In this document: piece by piece, positions 61,079-64,000 of the stretch | How positions within the stretch are numbered: position 1 is the stretch's first letter | How the letters are laid out: every line of letters begins with the position of its first letter | Assembly (NCBI RefSeq): GCF_963921235.1 | Contig: NC_086097.1 | Location: forward strand, 77,626,001 to 77,690,000 | Direction of reading: 5' to 3' | DNA from: Mobula hypostoma | Lineage: Eukaryota | Length of the DNA: 64,000 bases | Translations under genes and position numbers: made by a program | Notes under the pieces: model-generated | What the model saw: the letters and a program-made list of their open reading frames with translations, nothing else | Told to the model about the DNA's origin: nothing | The model's database searches: none

Positions 61079-62267
61079 GATAGACAGTTTTTAGTTTTTC
61101 CTCATCAATAAACGATAATGCAAACATTGGCTGATAGTTCAAAATGAACTCCAACAAACTAGCCATTATTTACCGCACCAGATCACTTGACGAAACTGGA
61201 GGAGAAGATCAGTCAAAGTTGTCACTGTATTATTACTCATTTTAAGCCATCTCCAAAGTTCAAACACAATTCCCCCACATCCCTCACTTCTCATAACTCG
61301 TATGTCACGTAGGGACATGAAATAAGATCCAACCTATTTGAATGTGTTTTGTCCTGGTAAGAATTTATAATGTATTTATTGAGCAACCCACTGAGCAATT
61401 AAAAAATGTCAGGATAATTTCAAACAAAAAAATCTAAATTTAAATTGAAATGAAAAATTGCCATAGTTACAAGAAATCCAATCACAATTTCCCAACATCA
61501 GGCTCCGTAATGATTCAAGAGAGAAACATAATGTACGAACAGACAGTTTCAGTCCATACACAGCCAACAGAAAAAACATTATCAAATTCCTGACCTTTAC
61601 AATAATGGTGAATTCAGTTTTCTTCCAGTGATTCATCACTTCTCCTCAATTTGCTAAACAGTTTTGATATGACAACTTACCGAAATGTCGTTATCTGATC
61701 CAGAAAAAAAACTTTTCACATTGCTTTGTAAAATTTGGCAGACTTTCATGTTCCCCAGTGAAGATTCAATATTAATTAAGGTGAACATTAGCAGTCCTAG
61801 AAAGAAATTGAATCAACTTCATTTCAACAGAGAACAGATACCTGATATAACACATTTGGTCATGCGATATAACTTCCTCATGATTGTTGAACTGCACACT
61901 TGATATTTGTAAACATGCAGACAGTCAGCAGCAGTTAATGATGATCAATGGCCACCACTTTGTCAAAGCTAGTTTGGAATGGGCAACAGACACCAGCCTT
62001 TTTCAGTGATTTTTATATCCTGAAAAATTAATTGAAACATAGCTCCATCTTTGAATTACTGCAAATCACTCTTCCGGACTTCTGAAATGATGGCATTTAA
62101 TATTTTATATGAGAGTTGAATGCATTTCCAAAAGTATTTCTGGCTAATATCAACTACTAATCTGGGCTGACATTCAGAGGAGCAGCAAGCAAATGCTGCA
62201 ATAGGATGGAAAAATGTAGCCAAGACTGATCCTTCTTGGTTGAAAGCAAATGATCACATAGCACAAT

Positions 62268-62890
62268 TCAAAGATTCAAAAGCTCATTTATTATCAAAGT
62301 ATACAACTCTGAAATCCTTTTTCTCCAGATAGCCACAAAACTAATAAAGAAAAGAATAATAGTATGCTCATTAACCTCCAAATCCCTTCTTCCTGCACAA
62401 AAAAGTAAACAAGAACAGAACAGGCACATTGATCCCCAAATCCTCCTCCCCTGCACACAAAAAAAATGAGAAAGATCGGGTGAAAAACACAGAATACAAA
62501 AAAACCCCATAAGACTGAAAAAAAATTCCACAGTCCAAGTCCACATCCAAAACGTAGAAAACCTGAGCAACGTTCTCCCTGTCCGTAGCAGAGTGATCTC
62601 ACCAGCGGTAAAAAAGCAGTCTGCCAAACCTGTAGGAAAGCAATCTCACCAGCGATAAAAAGACAGACAGGTGACATTTCAATCTCCCTCGTCACTTTAA
62701 TCAGTGAAAAATGGAAAGCTTTAATCAGCAAAATGGAGTCAAGCATCGGCTCACAGCTTTCTCACCACAAGGTTTCCACACACTGCCTTTGCCTCCTGGA
62801 ATCTACTCAGAGACTGCAGAACACTGAAACAACTAAATATTCTCCAAACTGCAAATCACGGGCTCCAACCATTCCAGGATCACATTCAAG
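62268..62890 (-). mobile_element. Non-coding retro-element with Rex1-like tail
   Basis: Minus-strand end GATTTCAGAGTTGTATACTTTGATAATAAATG...TTTGAATCTTTGA matches the Rex1-type tail at 21210-21290. Confidence 0.55.
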
Positions 62891-63539
62891 ATTTTAAAAA
62901 ATGTAAAAGACATAAAGGAAGTGAAACATATGGTTTCATGATCTATCCAAAAGATGTCAATTCAAAAAGTTTGGAAGTTCTTCTGATGTCTCATATTGAT
63001 TCTGCAAATGGAATCACAAAAAAAAACACTAATGGCAATTTTTCTCACTGGTCCTATGAACATTGCCAATGCATTTCCTATGATAGTACAAGATGAATTT
63101 ATGCCTCAATTCGGCTATCCTAAAGTCGTGAAATTCAGTATAAGAGTGCAAGTTGGTGCTTTACTTATCATTCCATGGAGGCATCAGTCTTATAATTACA
63201 TATATGATTATAATATAATTACATAGTTAACATAATTACATACTTGTTAAAATATGTCACAATAAAAATTCTAAATATTTCAATATTTAACAGTTCCACA
63301 TTAATTAGTAGGAAAGTTGCACAATGGCTTCACTGATTTGCATTGCAGTGATCATCATGGCATTTACAATATTTGAGCACTGCAAGTATATTGTTATATT
63401 AAGAGAACAAACACCTTTGTTCTTTTAAAAACATTGATAAGATTATTAATTTTCCAGATATGCATGTGCACATTAACCATTTGGAAGCATGGATCAGGAT
63501 GAGCTTCTGCAAAAAGGATTTTCAAACTTGTTTTCACAA

Positions 63540-63935
63540 CACTGAATAAATTCCCCATCTGCCATTCGGCATAGCAAATGATACAGATCTGTATGTAAAA
63601 AGATACGTTGGCCTTTAGGAGGGAATAGATTTACCAAACTGATGCCTTGACTAAAGACTGAATTGCAAAGTGATATTGCAGATTAGGACTGTATTCTCTG
63701 GTTTTTATATAGAAGTTTAACAAGTAATTTGAATACAGTTTTCATTTTCTAGAGGGTATAGTTTCAAAACTAAACTCTGAGGAGTGAAATGAGAAAATCA
63801 ACACATAGGAAATGGTGATCATTAGGAACTATTTTATGCAAATAATAGCAGATAATAGGTCAACTGTTAATTTTAAATCTGGCAGCTGATAGATTCATGA
63901 AATGAGGAAAAGTTGGTGAGTAGGATTCATGGCTA
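63540..63935 (+). mobile_element. Very old CR1 3' fragment
   Basis: TTGGCCTTTAGGAGGGAATAGATTTACCAAACTGATGCC resembles the LA.EG.QRRFTRLIP region. Confidence 0.45.
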
Positions 63936-64000
63936 TTTATCCTATATTATTTAACCTTTATTATGCATATAGTTCTTGCTACTAACTAAATGACCATTTA

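Overview
Eukaryotic, repeat-dense vertebrate DNA that looks intronic or intergenic. The repeat mix (CR1 LINEs, Rex1/Babar LINEs, V-SINE/HE1-type SINEs, abundant Penelope-like pseudo-LTRs) suggests a cartilaginous fish, probably a ray; this is inference. I found no host protein-coding gene, rRNA, tRNA gene or CRISPR array. The centrepiece is a triple nest at 46971-55038: a SPIN/GTF2IRD2-like hAT transposon holds a Penelope-like element, which holds a nearly intact 4.56 kb CR1 LINE. That CR1 has 172-bp 5' monomers, a Zn-finger/coiled-coil/SGNH-esterase ORF1, and an APE+RT ORF2 with one frameshift. Best lead: CR1 ORF1 ends in an in-phase U_UUA_AAC slippery heptamer directly before its stop, and ORF2 lies in the -1 frame with no AUG until deep in the endonuclease. 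A second, diverged CR1 copy keeps the same heptamer-stop. Together these suggest -1 ribosomal frameshifting in a non-LTR element. Other leads: minimal type I hammerhead ribozymes in the Penelope-like pseudo-LTRs, including an 806-bp TSD-flanked palindrome with one intact hammerhead on each strand; an inverted RTE insertion apparently built from two different templates; and a perfect DR5 retinoic-acid-response motif in unique DNA. Family names come from motif recognition only, with no database search, and boundaries of old repeats are approximate.
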